Below are positions 18,399 to 27,918 of a stretch of DNA of 64,000 nt, in pieces (position 1 is the stretch's first letter; each line of letters opens with the position of its first letter). The notes under the pieces were generated by a model, which was not told the DNA's origin, did no database searches, and saw only the letters and a list, made by a program, of their open reading frames with translations. This DNA is from a virus. Taxonomy: Duplodnaviria > Heunggongvirae > Uroviricota > Caudoviricetes. Both the position numbers and the translations under genes were made by a program. The DNA lies in the IMG/VR virus record IMGVR_UViG_2595698945_000001. The stretch is one strand, 5' to 3'.

Positions 18399-20744
18399 AT
18401 GTCCAAAGCCATGACCAGATCTGTGCTGAAAGAGGTACAGGACTTCCGCGACTGCGTAAAACGTGTTGTAGCGATGCTTTCAGGCAAGCAGATACCTGTT
18501 GCAGAGCGAGGCAATGAAGCATATGTCCGCTACAACCGGCGCGGCGAACCAGTGCTGGTAAACATCCCATCTATACCGGACGACGCATCACCAACCCTCA
18601 TGAACGCAGTACGTGGTTTTCTCGACCATGAGGTAGCCCATATCCTCTTTACTGATCCGACAGTCGCAATGAAGATGCGCGAGAGAGGAAAGGCTCCGTC
18701 TACCGGGCTTTGGAACGCGCTGGAAGACGTTTTTATTGAACGCAGAATGGGACAGGTATTCAACGGAACCCGTCGCAATTTGCTGGCCACACAGAACCTG
18801 GTGATCGACAAATACTTCAGAGGCAAAGTGTCAGAAGCGGTTTCAATCTGCCACGGCGACCAGCGCGAACTATTCCTGAAATTCTTCCTTTGCCCGGTCG
18901 TCCGCGCCTGGGATGGCCAAAGCCCTTTCATCGACTTTATGGAAGAACACTGGCACCTCATCGAGAAGCCGGTTGCCTTGCTCAAGGAGCACTGCATAGA
19001 CGTGGCCGTTCGCAATATGTCCAACACTGAGGACTGCGTGAAGGTCGCTGCTGCTATCGCGCAAATCATGCAGGATATGAAAGACAAGCCAGAGGGTAAA
19101 TTACCAGAGCTTAAATCATCTGCAAAAAAGCCGTCGAAGAGCAAAGACGAGTCTGAGGAAACACCAGAGTCAGGCGACGATCCGTCTCATGGTGAGTCTG
19201 CGCCAAAGCGTACCAAAGGCGAAGACGACGACAAGGAAGAGCAAGAAGATGATGTCTCAGAAGAGGAGGAGTCTGGGGATTCTGATTTGCCTGAATCAGT
19301 AGATAAGGACTTACCTATACACGATAAAGAGATTAGTGATATAGAAAGTAAATATACAGAAACAGGCGAAGATGAGTCGGTAGAGGCACCAGAATCCGAT
19401 GATGCCGGCATGGACTCAGGTGATTCTGATGACACTGGCGCTCCAACGCCTGGCGATGGCATTCGCGAAGATGCCGATGACTCCGATGGTTATGGCTCTG
19501 GCGCCGCTGGTGATGGGGATGGCGCTGACGGGGAAGACCCCGATGCTGGTCGTGGGGAGTCCGAAGAAGGCGAAAAAGAGGATGACACCGCCGATAACGT
19601 AGAAGGCGAAGGCAAAGAAAATGAGGATGGCGCTGAAGTGCCAGAAGACAGTGAGTCAGGCTTTGTTCCTGCGCCGGATGAAATGACTTTGGAGGACGCA
19701 CTCAAGGCGCTCGACGAGATGGAAGACGGAACCGGTGAAATGACCGAAGACGCACTGTCGGCCACCATCAGTAAGGAGCTTATGAGCACCTCGCTTTCTG
19801 AGTATCGCCCATACGATCGTTCATACGACTTTATCGGGCTAATTGATGAGGCTGAAGAGCATGTTAAGCGCACCAGAAAGACATTTGGCGCAATCCCAAT
19901 GCACTCACCGGTCGATCGCTACCGCATGGTTCCGGAAGGCAGAAAACTCTTTGAACTGAAAATCGAAAAACATCTGTCAGCAGGCGTTTCTTCGACTCTG
20001 GCCAAAGACCTGGAGCGAGCTATCGCCAGCCGCAACCGAGTTCAGTTTATCCCTGGTCAGAGACGTGGGCGGATACATGGCGCGAACCTGTATCGTCTGG
20101 CAATGAACGACGACCGTGTGTTCCGCAAGAAAGAAGACCACAGAGCGGTGAACGCGTGCGTCCAGCAGGTGATCGACTTATCCGGCTCAATGGGTGGCAG
20201 GAAGATTCAACTGGCACTCGCCAGCGCCTACACCATTGCGGATGCCCTAGATCGTATCAATGTGCCTAACATCATCACCGGCTTTACCACATTTGGTAGC
20301 CCTGATTATGAAATCATGTCGAAGCGCGGATTTACACGTTTCGAGGCGCTCATGCTGCCCATTATCAAAAACTGGAATGAGAAAGCTAACTCTCCAGAGA
20401 TCCGCGCCCGCATGGGCTGCGTGTGTGAGACGTTCCCCCTGCTCAATAACGTCGATGGTGAGAGCGTCGCGCAGCTGGCGACTCTGTTTGCAGGGCGAAT
20501 GGAGGACAAGAAGATCATGCTGGTTATGAGCGACGGGGCGCCATGTGCTGCAGGCGATGGGTTCCATCAGCATTTACGAACCGTCACCAAAGAAATTGAG
20601 ACGTTGAGTGACATCGATCTGATGGCTATCGGGATTCTGACCGACGAGCCACGACGTTTCTACAAAAATTACGCGCTGGTAAACAGCGTAGAAGAGTTAG
20701 GGCCGTCAGTTGTCACTGAGCTATCTCGTATCATTCTTGGGTAA
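18399..20744 (+). CDS. CobT-like protein: N-terminal CobT-type domain, ~200-aa poly-acidic linker, C-terminal vWA (MIDAS) domain
   Basis: ATG at 18399 after RBS AAGGAA. D/E-rich low-complexity region. vWA MIDAS motif VIDLSGSMGG. Confidence 0.65.
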   Translation: MSKAMTRSVLKEVQDFRDCVKRVVAMLSGKQIPVAERGNEAYVRYNRRGEPVLVNIPSIPDDASPTLMNAVRGFLDHEVAHILFTDPTVAMKMRERGKAPSTGLWNALEDVFIERRMGQVFNGTRRNLLATQNLVIDKYFRGKVSEAVSICHGDQRELFLKFFLCPVVRAWDGQSPFIDFMEEHWHLIEKPVALLKEHCIDVAVRNMSNTEDCVKVAAAIAQIMQDMKDKPEGKLPELKSSAKKPSKSKDESEETPESGDDPSHGESAPKRTKGEDDDKEEQEDDVSEEEESGDSDLPESVDKDLPIHDKEISDIESKYTETGEDESVEAPESDDAGMDSGDSDDTGAPTPGDGIREDADDSDGYGSGAAGDGDGADGEDPDAGRGESEEGEKEDDTADNVEGEGKENEDGAEVPEDSESGFVPAPDEMTLEDALKALDEMEDGTGEMTEDALSATISKELMSTSLSEYRPYDRSYDFIGLIDEAEEHVKRTRKTFGAIPMHSPVDRYRMVPEGRKLFELKIEKHLSAGVSSTLAKDLERAIASRNRVQFIPGQRRGRIHGANLYRLAMNDDRVFRKKEDHRAVNACVQQVIDLSGSMGGRKIQLALASAYTIADALDRINVPNIITGFTTFGSPDYEIMSKRGFTRFEALMLPIIKNWNEKANSPEIRARMGCVCETFPLLNNVDGESVAQLATLFAGRMEDKKIMLVMSDGAPCAAGDGFHQHLRTVTKEIETLSDIDLMAIGILTDEPRRFYKNYALVNSVEELGPSVVTELSRIILG

Positions 20745-20841
20745 TGGCTTTACCCGTAAAAATAAGTAATCACTTACTATACAGCCTAATATATTTATAT
20801 AAGATATACCCCACGAACGACAAACAGTAAGGAAAAAACAC

Positions 20842-22077
20842 ATGACCGCTACTGCACTACAGCAAGAAGAACATTTGCCGGAAGCCATCGTCTGCAAGTG
20901 GTGTGGCAAATCCTTTCATTACCTGAAATCCCATATCTCTATGGGCCGTTGCGAGAATATTCCTGAGTCTGCGAAGGGTCTGGACGTGGACGAAGTGGTG
21001 AAGATGTACACCTCTGCGTTTCCAGATGAACCAACGATCTCTCGCACGGCACTGGCCAAACTCAATGAGAAGCGTGCCGAAAAGCATTCAGGCGAAGGAA
21101 AAGTAGCGGAGATTAGCGCACATCCGGGCTACGCAGGAACGGTCGAATACAAGACCGAACTGGTGGCCGCGCACGAGCTGCTTGGCGTAACGATCAAAGA
21201 GCTGGGAACGCCACGCGGAAAGCCACTACAGGTGACAGTCAACGTCAACACGCCATATCCGGAGTTCGTACCGGAAGCGAAGAAGAACTATGTGTATGGC
21301 GACTTCGACCTGATTAAAGACATCTTCATGATGCTGGAAATCGGAATACCAGGCTATCTCTGGGGTCATGCAGGAACCGGTAAATCTTCTCTTCCTACGC
21401 AGCTATGCGCCCTGCTGAATCGACCACTGATCCGCGCCCAGCATACGGCGTCTATGGAAGAAGCACACGTTACAGGCCAGATCCTCGCTCGCGATGGCTC
21501 CACTTACTTCGAGCCTGGTTTGCTTGCGCTGGCGATGAAAAATGGCTGGGTGTACCTCGCTGATGAATATGACTTCGCGTTCCCACAGATTCTGGGTGTG
21601 TACCAGCCAGTTCTTGAAGGAGAGCCGCTGATCATCAAAGAGGCAACTCCGGACTGGCGCCGTATCACTCCGCATAAACGCTTTGCCTTCATTGGCACTG
21701 GCAACACTAACGGCTCTGGCGACGAAACGGGTCTCTATCAAGGTACGAACATCCAGAACGCGGCGAACTTCTCGCGCTTCGGCATTGTTTCGAACGTGAA
21801 GTACATGAGCACTAAGGCTGAAGTCAACATGCTGGTTGAGGCTGGCGTCATCCGCGAATACGCCGAGAAGATGGTGAAGTTCGCGAACCTTGTCCGTGAA
21901 GGTTATGAACAGCATCTGATCAGCCAGCCAATCGGCCCTCGCGAGCTGCTGCTGTCCGCAAAAATCGGAATGATGCGCGGTGATTTCTCTGCCGGCATCG
22001 AAAAGTCGTTTATCAATAAACTTCCATCCACGTCTGCACAGGCGGCGCGTGAAGTGGTTCAGAAGATCTTCGGTTAA
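20842..22077 (+). CDS. CobS-like / MoxR-family AAA+ ATPase
   Basis: Walker A GHAGTGKSS. AAA+ core. N-terminal CxxC...H...C element. Adjacent to its vWA partner. Confidence 0.65.
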   Translation: MTATALQQEEHLPEAIVCKWCGKSFHYLKSHISMGRCENIPESAKGLDVDEVVKMYTSAFPDEPTISRTALAKLNEKRAEKHSGEGKVAEISAHPGYAGTVEYKTELVAAHELLGVTIKELGTPRGKPLQVTVNVNTPYPEFVPEAKKNYVYGDFDLIKDIFMMLEIGIPGYLWGHAGTGKSSLPTQLCALLNRPLIRAQHTASMEEAHVTGQILARDGSTYFEPGLLALAMKNGWVYLADEYDFAFPQILGVYQPVLEGEPLIIKEATPDWRRITPHKRFAFIGTGNTNGSGDETGLYQGTNIQNAANFSRFGIVSNVKYMSTKAEVNMLVEAGVIREYAEKMVKFANLVREGYEQHLISQPIGPRELLLSAKIGMMRGDFSAGIEKSFINKLPSTSAQAAREVVQKIFG

Positions 22078-22257
22078 TCGTGCGTAAAGGATGTTTCGGC
22101 TCTCTTATCGCAGCGTCTGAAACTGGCCGGGCTTGTCTGGCGTGTCCGGATAGGCCCGAGTGCCACCAGTCAGCCAAAGAGGTTGCGATTTCGATGTATG
22201 GGAAGTTCGTTGGCTTCCCCAATGACAAAATCAAGAAAACCAGAAAGGTAAAAACAC

Positions 22258-25200
22258 ATGAAGGCTCTGATGGTCAGAACTGACTTCTCCCTGGGAGAGT
22301 CGGCTCTAAAAGCAGAAAACGCGGTGAAAATCGCGAGAGACGCTGGCTACACCGCTGTCATTTCCGCTGACAGCATGAACATTGCCAGTGTGATCCCCCT
22401 GCAGCGTGCCGCTGGCGACGACATGGCGGTTATTTGTGGTGTTAAGCTGAATGTGGTCGACGATCCGACATACGAGCACCGCGCCCGCCTGGCGAAAGAG
22501 TCAGGAGGATGTATGGAATCATTGGTGCGTGATCGCAGCTACTGCTTCACGGCACTGATAAAGAATGAGCAAGGTTATCGCGACGTGTGCGAACTGATGA
22601 CCTTAGCCAACAAGCGCGAGCAATTCTACTTTGTCCCGCGTCTGGCACTTGACCAGCTGGCGGCCGCATATGCCAAAGGCAACATCATCCTGCTGACGTC
22701 CGACATTGGCAGTGTATTCCAGCGCCGGGACTTCGCAAAGATTATCGGGACGCTGGTGACAGCTGGAGGACGCGATAACTTCTACAGCGTGGTTTATCCG
22801 CACCCTACCCCATTCTACGACCAGATTAACGTCCGGGCGATGAAAGTGGCGAGCGCACTGAAAATAGAGCCAGTGGCGTTCTATCCCGCTTATTATGAAG
22901 CGGTCGACGACGCTGACATTAAAGACATTGCGCACATGGTTACGAACAACATCAAAATCGACCAGCCGCATCGTCTGCGTATTCCCCACCAGCGAGATAA
23001 CGCCGTTAATGGTCGCCGCCATCTCCTTGAAGCGCTGAAAGCCTTCTCCGTTCGAATGGATGTGCCGGTAACAGCTGCAATGGCCTCAACAACGCAGGAC
23101 ACCATTATTGAAGCCTGCACATGGCGCTGGCATGAATTGCCACCAGCACTGCCCAAGATGGCAGATGACGAGCCTGCAACGCTGATGAAGCTGGCTGTCG
23201 CGGGGCTACGCAAGCGTCTTACTACCAAAGAATTTGGCTACACACCACCGGCTTCTGAGCACCGTGTGTATGTTGATCGCCTGAAGTACGAAATGGACAC
23301 GCTGACCCGCCTGGGCTTCTGTGGCTACTTCCTGATGGTGCGCGACCTGATGAATCACAGCCGTGAAACTGGCATTCCTGTCGGGCCAGGTCGTGGTTCC
23401 TCTGCCGGTTCTCTGGTGGCGTGGTGCATCGGCATAACCAACGTCGATCCTATCCGTCACGGTCTTCTGTTTGAGCGTTTCATCAACCCTGAACGTCTCG
23501 ACTTACCGGATGCGGATCTGGACTTCAGCCAGGCACGTCGTCATGAGGTGATCGAGTATCTGAATGAACGCTATGGCGAAGATTACGTTGCCGGTATTCC
23601 GAACTTCACCTATCTTGGCGCTGCCTCTGCGCTGCGTGACACCGCGCGTATTTACGGTGTCGATGCTGCGGATATGGCGGTATCCAAAGAGTTCAAGAAT
23701 CTTGAGGACGATAGCCTGTCTCTGGAAGAGCTGCGCGAGCAACTGGCCAGCCTGGACAAATACGCCACGAAATACCCGGAAGCGTTCAAAGCGGCGTGTA
23801 AGCTGCAAAGCTTGATGCGTGGTTTTGGTCGTCACGCTGCTGGGATGATCGTCGCTGGCGTTCCACTGGTAGAGCGCACGCCCGTCGAGCTGCGTGGCAA
23901 CGCTCGCTGTATTGCGTTCGATAAACGTTACTGCGAGGCGATGGGGCTGATTAAGCTGGACGTTCTCGGTCTGGCAACGCTCGATCTGCTGGATAGCGCG
24001 AAACGCTACATCAAAGAGAGTACCGGGGAAGACATCAATCTCGATGCTATTCCACTGGACGATCGTAAGGTTCTGGATGGGTTCGCTGCAGGGTACACGC
24101 AGGGCGTATTCCAGCTGGAGTCCGGCCCCATGCGCAAGCTGCTTAAAGATCTGGGCGGTGGCATTGAGCCAATGAGCTTCAAAACCGTTGTCGCCACGAC
24201 CGCACTCTTCCGACCTGGCCCGATCCAATCCGGCATGTTGGACGACTATGTCTCCGTGGCCAAAGGCTTCATGGCTCCACAGTCGCTGCACCCGGTACTG
24301 GACGAACTTACCGCGGAAACAAACGGCGTGATTCTGTATCAGGAACAGACGATGAACGCGACACGATTGCTGGCTGGCTTCACGATGGCCGAAGCTGATG
24401 GTGTGCGTAAAGCGATCGGTAAAAAGGATATGGAAAAGATGAAGAGCATGGGTGAGAAGTTCGTCGTTCAGGCTCAAGCTGGTTGGATCGACGTTGAGAT
24501 GGAAGACGGCACCACGCAGCGTATTCACCGCGCGGAACACTTCAAATGTGAGGACGGCGCACTGCGGACGGTAGAAGAAGCGCTGGAGGCTGGTGTGAAA
24601 TTACCTATGGCTGCTGTACGCGTTACAGGGTCACAACCGGGATTGTCTGAGACGAAAGCGAAGGAGATCTGGGATGCCTTCGAGAAGAACGGTGCGTACC
24701 AATTCAACAAATCACACAGTGTTGCTTATTCTTTAATCAGCTATCAGTCTATGTGGTTAAAGACACATTACCCTGCTGAGTTCTTCGCTGCTGCGCTCAC
24801 CATTCTGGGCGAGGATAAGCACCAGGGGCTGGTTAAGGATGCGCTGACCTATGGCATTCGCGTATTGCCACCAGACGTTAACGTGTCATCTAACCGAATT
24901 GAGATCCGCACGCTGGAAGACGGCAGCCAGGTTCTGTATTCGCCATTCTCTGCTGTGAAAGGCTGCTCTGAGAATGGTTGCCAGGCCATCATGAGAGCGC
25001 GTGAGAAAGTTGGCGGTAAATTCAAGTCACTTGAGCAATTTGAGGAAGCGGTCGAGAAGCGTGCGTGTAACAGCCGGGTACGCGAGTCACTGCAAAAAGT
25101 AGGTGCGTTCGCATCGATAGAGTCAGGCAGTCTGCCAGCGACAGATCCGGAACGTCTGCGCGACCAGGCAGAGTTGATGGGCAATCTGGTGATCGACGCT

Positions 25201-25776
25201 GTAAAAGCCTCTCGACCGTTCGAGATGAACCCTAAGCGCTCTGCCGAGGTGAATGTACTGATGACTCGCATGGCGGCCGAAATGGGTCTGGGAGACGACC
25301 TGATTCGCCCAAGCATTGGCATTAAGCCGAAAATCATGGTCATTCTGGACAACGCGAACGGCAATGATGGGCGTACCGGCTACTTCATGGAGAACGGCTA
25401 CGACGACTTTAAGGCGAAGTTGCTTACTGCAGGCGATCTGCGCATGGGCGATCTCTACGTCACAGGCGTGTGCAAAAAGGTGAAGGACAAAGAGAAGGAC
25501 TACACCAAAGACGAGATCGGCCAGTTCACCGACTTTATGCGTGAAGAGATCAATCTGGTGCGTCCGACCTATGTGCTGACGTGTGGCAGCCGGGCGACGT
25601 CACTCTTCAACAACAAAAGCAAACCATCCGACCTGGTTGGACGCAAAGAGTATCTGCCAGAGCTGGATGTGACCGTTTTCTACGGATTTAACCCGAACAT
25701 TTTGTACTTTCGCCCAGAGGAAGGCGAAAAGCTGGAAGCAATTCTGGCAGAGGTAGCGGAGACTATTAGCAAATGA
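22258..25776 (+). CDS. dnaE: DNA polymerase III alpha subunit (DnaE-type), degenerate PHP domain
   Basis: 1172 aa. Pol III alpha palm/fingers motifs (GPGRGSSAGSLVAWCIGIT, LFERFINPER, KLDVLGL). OB-fold C-terminus. Confidence 0.85.
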   Translation: MKALMVRTDFSLGESALKAENAVKIARDAGYTAVISADSMNIASVIPLQRAAGDDMAVICGVKLNVVDDPTYEHRARLAKESGGCMESLVRDRSYCFTALIKNEQGYRDVCELMTLANKREQFYFVPRLALDQLAAAYAKGNIILLTSDIGSVFQRRDFAKIIGTLVTAGGRDNFYSVVYPHPTPFYDQINVRAMKVASALKIEPVAFYPAYYEAVDDADIKDIAHMVTNNIKIDQPHRLRIPHQRDNAVNGRRHLLEALKAFSVRMDVPVTAAMASTTQDTIIEACTWRWHELPPALPKMADDEPATLMKLAVAGLRKRLTTKEFGYTPPASEHRVYVDRLKYEMDTLTRLGFCGYFLMVRDLMNHSRETGIPVGPGRGSSAGSLVAWCIGITNVDPIRHGLLFERFINPERLDLPDADLDFSQARRHEVIEYLNERYGEDYVAGIPNFTYLGAASALRDTARIYGVDAADMAVSKEFKNLEDDSLSLEELREQLASLDKYATKYPEAFKAACKLQSLMRGFGRHAAGMIVAGVPLVERTPVELRGNARCIAFDKRYCEAMGLIKLDVLGLATLDLLDSAKRYIKESTGEDINLDAIPLDDRKVLDGFAAGYTQGVFQLESGPMRKLLKDLGGGIEPMSFKTVVATTALFRPGPIQSGMLDDYVSVAKGFMAPQSLHPVLDELTAETNGVILYQEQTMNATRLLAGFTMAEADGVRKAIGKKDMEKMKSMGEKFVVQAQAGWIDVEMEDGTTQRIHRAEHFKCEDGALRTVEEALEAGVKLPMAAVRVTGSQPGLSETKAKEIWDAFEKNGAYQFNKSHSVAYSLISYQSMWLKTHYPAEFFAAALTILGEDKHQGLVKDALTYGIRVLPPDVNVSSNRIEIRTLEDGSQVLYSPFSAVKGCSENGCQAIMRAREKVGGKFKSLEQFEEAVEKRACNSRVRESLQKVGAFASIESGSLPATDPERLRDQAELMGNLVIDAVKASRPFEMNPKRSAEVNVLMTRMAAEMGLGDDLIRPSIGIKPKIMVILDNANGNDGRTGYFMENGYDDFKAKLLTAGDLRMGDLYVTGVCKKVKDKEKDYTKDEIGQFTDFMREEINLVRPTYVLTCGSRATSLFNNKSKPSDLVGRKEYLPELDVTVFYGFNPNILYFRPEEGEKLEAILAEVAETISK

Positions 25777-26216
25777 ATAAAGAGAACACCATGAACGAGG
25801 CACAGAAGATTGCACAAGCGCTGGCGGCTATCCCGGCGGATTTTCAGGATAAAGCAGTTGCGGCCACCATGCGGTCGCAGTTCTGGGAAATCATCGACTG
25901 TCCGGTCACGTTAGATCTGGCGCTGGCGTTCGCCGGGCTGGATGGTGCCGACAAAGTCAGTCGTTTGCGTAAATGTGCCAGAGCGCTGGCGCTTAAAACG
26001 CAAGATCCGAAGGCGTGCCAGTATCTACTGGAGATCTACGAATCGGATAATCCAGAGGAACAGCTGGAGGCGTTCAAAGTGTTCCGCAATCGGCTGGTGC
26101 TGAAGGTGGCCAAAGAGTTTATGGAAGTGAACAAGATTGGCGATGTGAGGCAGTACAGGCTGAAACGCCAGACCAGAGTCACGCTATCCAACATTTTTGG
26201 TAAGAAAGTCGCATAA
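25773..26216 (+). CDS. Hypothetical protein
   Basis: ATGA overlap with the dnaE stop. Confidence 0.4.
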   Translation: MNKENTMNEAQKIAQALAAIPADFQDKAVAATMRSQFWEIIDCPVTLDLALAFAGLDGADKVSRLRKCARALALKTQDPKACQYLLEIYESDNPEEQLEAFKVFRNRLVLKVAKEFMEVNKIGDVRQYRLKRQTRVTLSNIFGKKVA

Positions 26217-26220
26217 AGCA

Positions 26221-26247
26221 AAAACCCGCCGATTGGCGGGTTTTTTA
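26221..26247. terminator. Bidirectional rho-independent terminator between convergent genes
   Basis: aaaaacccgccgattggcgggtttttt. Confidence 0.7.
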
Positions 26248-26823
26248 TGCGCAAATTTCTTCGCGATTATGCGGGCGAAGCAGTGAGTGGGTAATTGACT
26301 CCACCTCCTGAATGTCGCCAAACGATCTGATACGCAGGGCAAGATTCCACTTATTCAATGTGTGCGCGTTACGCACCAGTTCTTCCCGTGCTTTTGCGTC
26401 TTTGCTGTCGAGACGACCGCAGTCGTTCAACCATTTAGCGACTTCCGACCAATCCCAGAGTGGAGACTGACCGCTGATGCGCTGTACAGGGCAAGGGAAA
26501 TCGCCTTTGCCACGTAAGCCGTCTTTAAGCAGAGTGATAGCCTGGCGGGTTAAGCCGGAGAGTTGAGCGATATCACTCAAACCTACCAGTGCTGAATCTA
26601 CCGATTCCACCACTGCGCCAATACCTGCTGTTTCAATATTATCGATTGCCGATTTGATTGCCTGATCTAAAGATTCAGCTTCTCTGTCAAATTCTACATA
26701 CACTGAGCTGCCGTAGTAGCAGATGAGCGCGTCATCGCAACCGTTGGTGTACAAAGCGTCTGCGAGACCTTCGGTCTCCATCTGAACGCCTGATAATGTC
26801 AGTGTGAAGTTATAGAGTTCCAT
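26245..26823 (-). CDS. HicB-like antitoxin (N-terminal domain plus HTH)
   Basis: Lies downstream of the HicA-like gene on the same strand. HTH LSDIAQLSGLTRQAITLLK. Confidence 0.45.
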   Translation of the reverse strand: MELYNFTLTLSGVQMETEGLADALYTNGCDDALICYYGSSVYVEFDREAESLDQAIKSAIDNIETAGIGAVVESVDSALVGLSDIAQLSGLTRQAITLLKDGLRGKGDFPCPVQRISGQSPLWDWSEVAKWLNDCGRLDSKDAKAREELVRNAHTLNKWNLALRIRSFGDIQEVESITHSLLRPHNREEICA

Positions 26824-26875
26824 TTGGATCTCCTCGTCAAAAAGGCGGTTGCCCGCCTTGGCTAAAACTCCCGAA

Positions 26876-27112
26876 TCAGTCCTTTGTTGACTTCGGGTTA
26901 CAGCGGTCGACCATTCTGCGGATCTGCTTTGCGTGCGTCTCCGGGTCTTTTGGTGTGCTGTTTACGCTCATGGCGTGAGTACGTCCATGTTCGGCAATTC
27001 CGCATTTGATGGTACAGAAGGGGTGCCCTGTCGCTTCTTCAACGATCCAGCCTTTTTCTTCTGCGTAACGGAGTGCGTCACGTACTTCTTTATTAGGGTG
27101 CTTCTTACTCAT
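26876..27112 (-). CDS. HicA-like mRNA-interferase toxin
   Basis: 78 aa. Alignable by eye to E. coli HicA (..GW...G..H..........HG.......P.D.....I). Toxin-first gene order. Confidence 0.5.
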   Translation of the reverse strand: MSKKHPNKEVRDALRYAEEKGWIVEEATGHPFCTIKCGIAEHGRTHAMSVNSTPKDPETHAKQIRRMVDRCNPKSTKD

Positions 27113-27119
27113 TAGCCTC

Positions 27120-27200
27120 CTAGTGCGCTAATAATAGACAACGTGTTAACTTGAGTCAACACTCTTTGACGATGCCGAGTGTTGAGGGGTTAACACCCCC
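27120..27200 (-). promoter_or_regulatory. Putative hicAB promoter/operator with gttaacac-type palindromes
   Basis: gtgttaacttgagtcaacac and gagtgttgaggggttaacaccc palindromes immediately upstream of the toxin start. Confidence 0.4.
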
Positions 27201-27367
27201 ATACATGCGCATCTACGGCTACGCAGTACTGGCGTAAGGTTATCAGAATTATCCCTATTTACATCGACATACCTGCGTCAACCCTCAACTTCTTCAGCTC
27301 GCAAGCTCCACCACCTGATTCCTGCATGATAAAATTGATACACATAAATAAGCAGGTAATTAACGCT

Positions 27368-27799
27368 ATGAGCACCGATATCTACGAAAAAATCATGTCC
27401 GATCTGGAGTTCGACCGCGACAATCTGGAGGAAGTCTGGCGTCAGCAACCGCGCCTGTTGATGGAGTACGGCTCTAAGCTGGCGCGGGCAGAACGCGAAG
27501 TCGCAGATGCAAAACTCTCCCTCGATGCGATTGAGGCGAAAATCTACGACAATGAGCGTAAGAACCTGAGTATGAACGGCATTAAGTTCAATGAATCCGT
27601 ACTGGAGGCGAAGGTTAGAACCAACCCGCAATACCTCGCGAAGCGCCAGAAACTCGACGATGCCCGGCACATTGCAGATCTGTACAAGCACGCTGTAGCC
27701 GCCTTCTCCCACCGCCGCGACATGATTGTCCAGGCGTCCAAAATGGCTATCGTGGAGATTGAACGTTTGGGCGCCGAACGTTTCCACTCTCCCCGTTAA
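27368..27799 (+). CDS. Hypothetical coiled-coil protein (possible UvsY-like recombination mediator)
   Basis: Position next to the SSB and RecA-like genes. Leucine-heptad pattern. Start uncertain (ATG at 27326 or 27368). Confidence 0.3.
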   Translation: MSTDIYEKIMSDLEFDRDNLEEVWRQQPRLLMEYGSKLARAEREVADAKLSLDAIEAKIYDNERKNLSMNGIKFNESVLEAKVRTNPQYLAKRQKLDDARHIADLYKHAVAAFSHRRDMIVQASKMAIVEIERLGAERFHSPR

Positions 27800-27807
27800 T
27801 TTATGCT

Positions 27808-27834
27808 AGATCGTAAGTAAGTACTGATCTATCA
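27808..27834. promoter_or_regulatory. Motif A palindrome copy
   Basis: gatcgtaagtaagtactgatctatcat. Confidence 0.5.
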
Positions 27835-27918
27835 TTCTTCTCACTCGAAAGAGCCACGAATAAACGAACGCCCAACGCGCATAGCGCCAATGGCCACAAT
27901 CACAACAAGGAGAAATAC

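Noticed and set aside
23503-24540. 345-aa minus-strand ORF inside dnaE
   Set aside because: Antisense shadow ORF within a high-GC, clearly coding pol III alpha gene. No RBS or motif.
22258-25776. Intein or intron in dnaE
   Set aside because: The length (1172 aa) is normal for DnaE. No intein splice motifs or homing-endonuclease block noticed.
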